Positions 49,101 to 51,163 of a stretch of 51,163 bases of DNA are shown piece after piece; the stretch's first letter is position 1; the number at the start of each line of letters is the position of its first letter. This DNA is from Bigelowiella natans CCMP2755. Its lineage: Eukaryota; Protista; Cercozoa. The stretch spans positions 1 through 51,163 of the forward strand of contig ADNK01003417.1 of assembly GCA_000320545.1 (NCBI GenBank), in the 5' to 3' direction. Under the pieces are notes generated by a model that worked only from the letters and a program-made list of their open reading frames with translations, was not told the origin of the DNA and did no database searches. A program made the translations under genes and the position numbers.

Positions 49101-50118
49101 ATCGATCTGGCCATTGACATGCACAGGAGGCTGTTCAAGTGGCAGGACGCCCTGAGCGTCGCCAACTCGCAGTCGCACCCCAGCGCTTCGTGGCTGGCCA
49201 AGGAGTACTACGACTACCTCATCTCCACCCAGCAGCAGGAGATCGCGGGAAAGCTGAAGGAGCAAGAGGGCGACTACATGACGGCCTTGTCGCTCTACCT
49301 CGACGGTGGGTATCCTTCCCAGGCCGCAAGGGTCGTCACCGAGCAGCACCTCACGAACGATTCGCAGCTGCTCGAAAAGGTCGCCGAGGGGCTCCTGAAG
49401 AAGCAGATGTACACACAGGCCGGCAAGTTCCTCGAGGCGCTCAAGTACAGCCAGCGTGCGCTCTCCGCCTACCTGCAGGGCAACAGCTTTCGCGAGGCCG
49501 TGGCGCTGTGCAAGAGGGAGATTCCGCAGCGAGTCGTCGAGCTGCAGGAGCAATGGGGCGACTACATGGTCCGCCTGGAGCAGTGGGATGCCGCGTGCGC
49601 ACACTTCGTGGAGGCGGGCTGCAACATGAAAGCGATAGACGCCGCCATCAAGGCCAAGCAATGGAAGCGCGCGATCGAAGGGCTCGACGACGTGGACGAG
49701 AAGAGTGCAAAGCCGTATCTCCGCCGCATTGCAGATCACTACGCAAGTGTGATGAGCTTCGAACAGGCCGAGCGACATTACATTCGCGGGGGGATGGTGC
49801 ACGCCGCCGTCCGCATGTACCTCAAGGCAAGCCTCTGGGATAGCGCCGACAGGGTGGCTCAGGAGTACATGGACAAGGCAGAGAGGGAAAAGACATACTT
49901 GCAGCACGCCAAGAAGCTCGAGAACGAGGGCGACCTCAAGAGCGCGGCGCACCTCTATCTGCAGGCCAAGGAGTCGATGCTAGCAATCACTATGTACAAG
50001 AGGCACCGGAAGTACGACGAGATGTTGGAGCTGGTCAAGGTGCACAAGAAGGACATGCTCGAGGCAACGCACGCAAGCCTAGCGGAGCAGTTCGCGCGAG
50101 AAGGGTCTGTTTTCTGAT

Positions 50119-50158
<40 letters not shown>

Positions 50159-50778
50159 CCACATAGCCACATAGCCACACAGCCACATAGCCACATCCAC
50201 TACATGCACGCACACCTCGCTCGCTCCTCCCCCTTCCCGTCCGCCTACTAATACAACTACTAATCCCCAGAGAATTCCACAAGGCGGAGAAGCACTACTT
50301 GGCCGCCAGCAAGTGGGAGGTCGCGCGCGACATGTACAAGAACCAGGAGATGTGGGAGGATGCGCTCCGCGTCTCCAAGATCGGCGGGGTCCAGGAGTAC
50401 AAGAAAACCGCCTTCTACTTCGCCATATCCGTCGGCGGGGACGCCGGTATCAAGTTCCTCACGCAGAGAGGGCTGGGCGAGCTCGCGGTGCAATACGCGA
50501 TCGAGAATGGAGAATACACCGAGGCCTTCCACATCGCCAAGAACACCTGTCCGGAGAAGGTTATTGCCTTTTCTGCTTCGAAATGATATTGGGGGGGGGG
50601 ATGGAGGGAGAAGAGGGGAAACATCATGCCTGCTATCGTATCGTTCTCCTTGCCACTATTCACTCACTCAAAACAGTAAACGACAGTTGTCGTAACACGT
50701 GCACAGCAACTCCCCATAACTCCCTCCCCTCTCCCGCTTTTCTGCCTTTCGCTAACATACGTGAAACTATGACAACGT

Positions 50779-50822
<44 letters not shown>

Positions 50823-50833
50823 ACATACACGCG

Positions 50834-50891
<58 letters not shown>

Positions 50892-50915
50892 TATATGTAT
50901 ATATATGCATGTCTA

Positions 50916-50946
<31 letters not shown>

Positions 50947-51163
50947 GTGTGCGAGTGTGTCTGCGAGTGTGCGGGTGTGGGTGTCAGAACCTCGAAGCAT
51001 GCGAAAGAGTGCATGTACGTGACACCCCCCGGCGCGGTGAGGGCCGCTGTGAGGGGGGCGAGAACCACGATGGGTTGGGCAGTGATACCATCTCGGAGGA
51101 AAAGGGCCCATCCTCAAAGACAAGACAAACACCAGGCCCCTAACCACTTCTACATCATTGCAA
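46137..51163 (+). CDS. IFT172: Intraflagellar transport protein 172, multi-exon, incomplete at window end
   Basis: MQFRYLDTI..; [89 protein letters not shown]; long TPR-like solenoid. Confidence 0.96.

Noticed and set aside
48510-49952. 480-aa antisense ORF
   Set aside because: Shadow of the GC3-rich IFT172 exon; no independent motifs.
50154-50197. (CATAGCCA)n 8-bp minisatellite
   Set aside because: Simple intronic derivative of the adjacent (CA)n run.

Overview
Gene-dense eukaryotic nuclear DNA with short GT-AG introns full of (CA)n/(TA)n/(GA)n/(CAG)n microsatellites. IFT172 and POC1 point to a flagellated protist or alga; a chlorarachniophyte-like organism is a guess only. Genes in order: 3' end of an APC-type amino-acid permease, Nup88-like nucleoporin, ERD2/KDEL receptor, an unidentified gene, a Tudor-like/Zn-knuckle/OTU deubiquitinase, COMMD2, a GAUT-like GT8 + sulfotransferase fusion, an intronless Cys-repeat/mucin surface protein, POC1, a PLOD-type glycosyltransferase, an unidentified membrane protein, a saccharopine-dehydrogenase-like oxidoreductase, a basic hypothetical protein, DMAP1/SWC4 and IFT172 (runs off the end). 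The most striking signal is in the accessory block at ~19.6-27.1 kb, a nest of TIR elements/MITEs with a decayed PIF/Harbinger-type (DDE_Tnp_4) transposase. There TpA is almost absent while CpG is retained. Repeat copies differ by TA/TG/CA swaps, a conserved transposase Tyr codon reads as Cys, and probable TA target-site duplications read CA/TG. This looks like a repeat-targeted TpA->TpG/CpA (A:T->G:C) hypermutation, a RIP-like genome defence with the opposite chemistry to fungal RIP. All counts are by hand and all family calls are by motif recognition; no searches were run.
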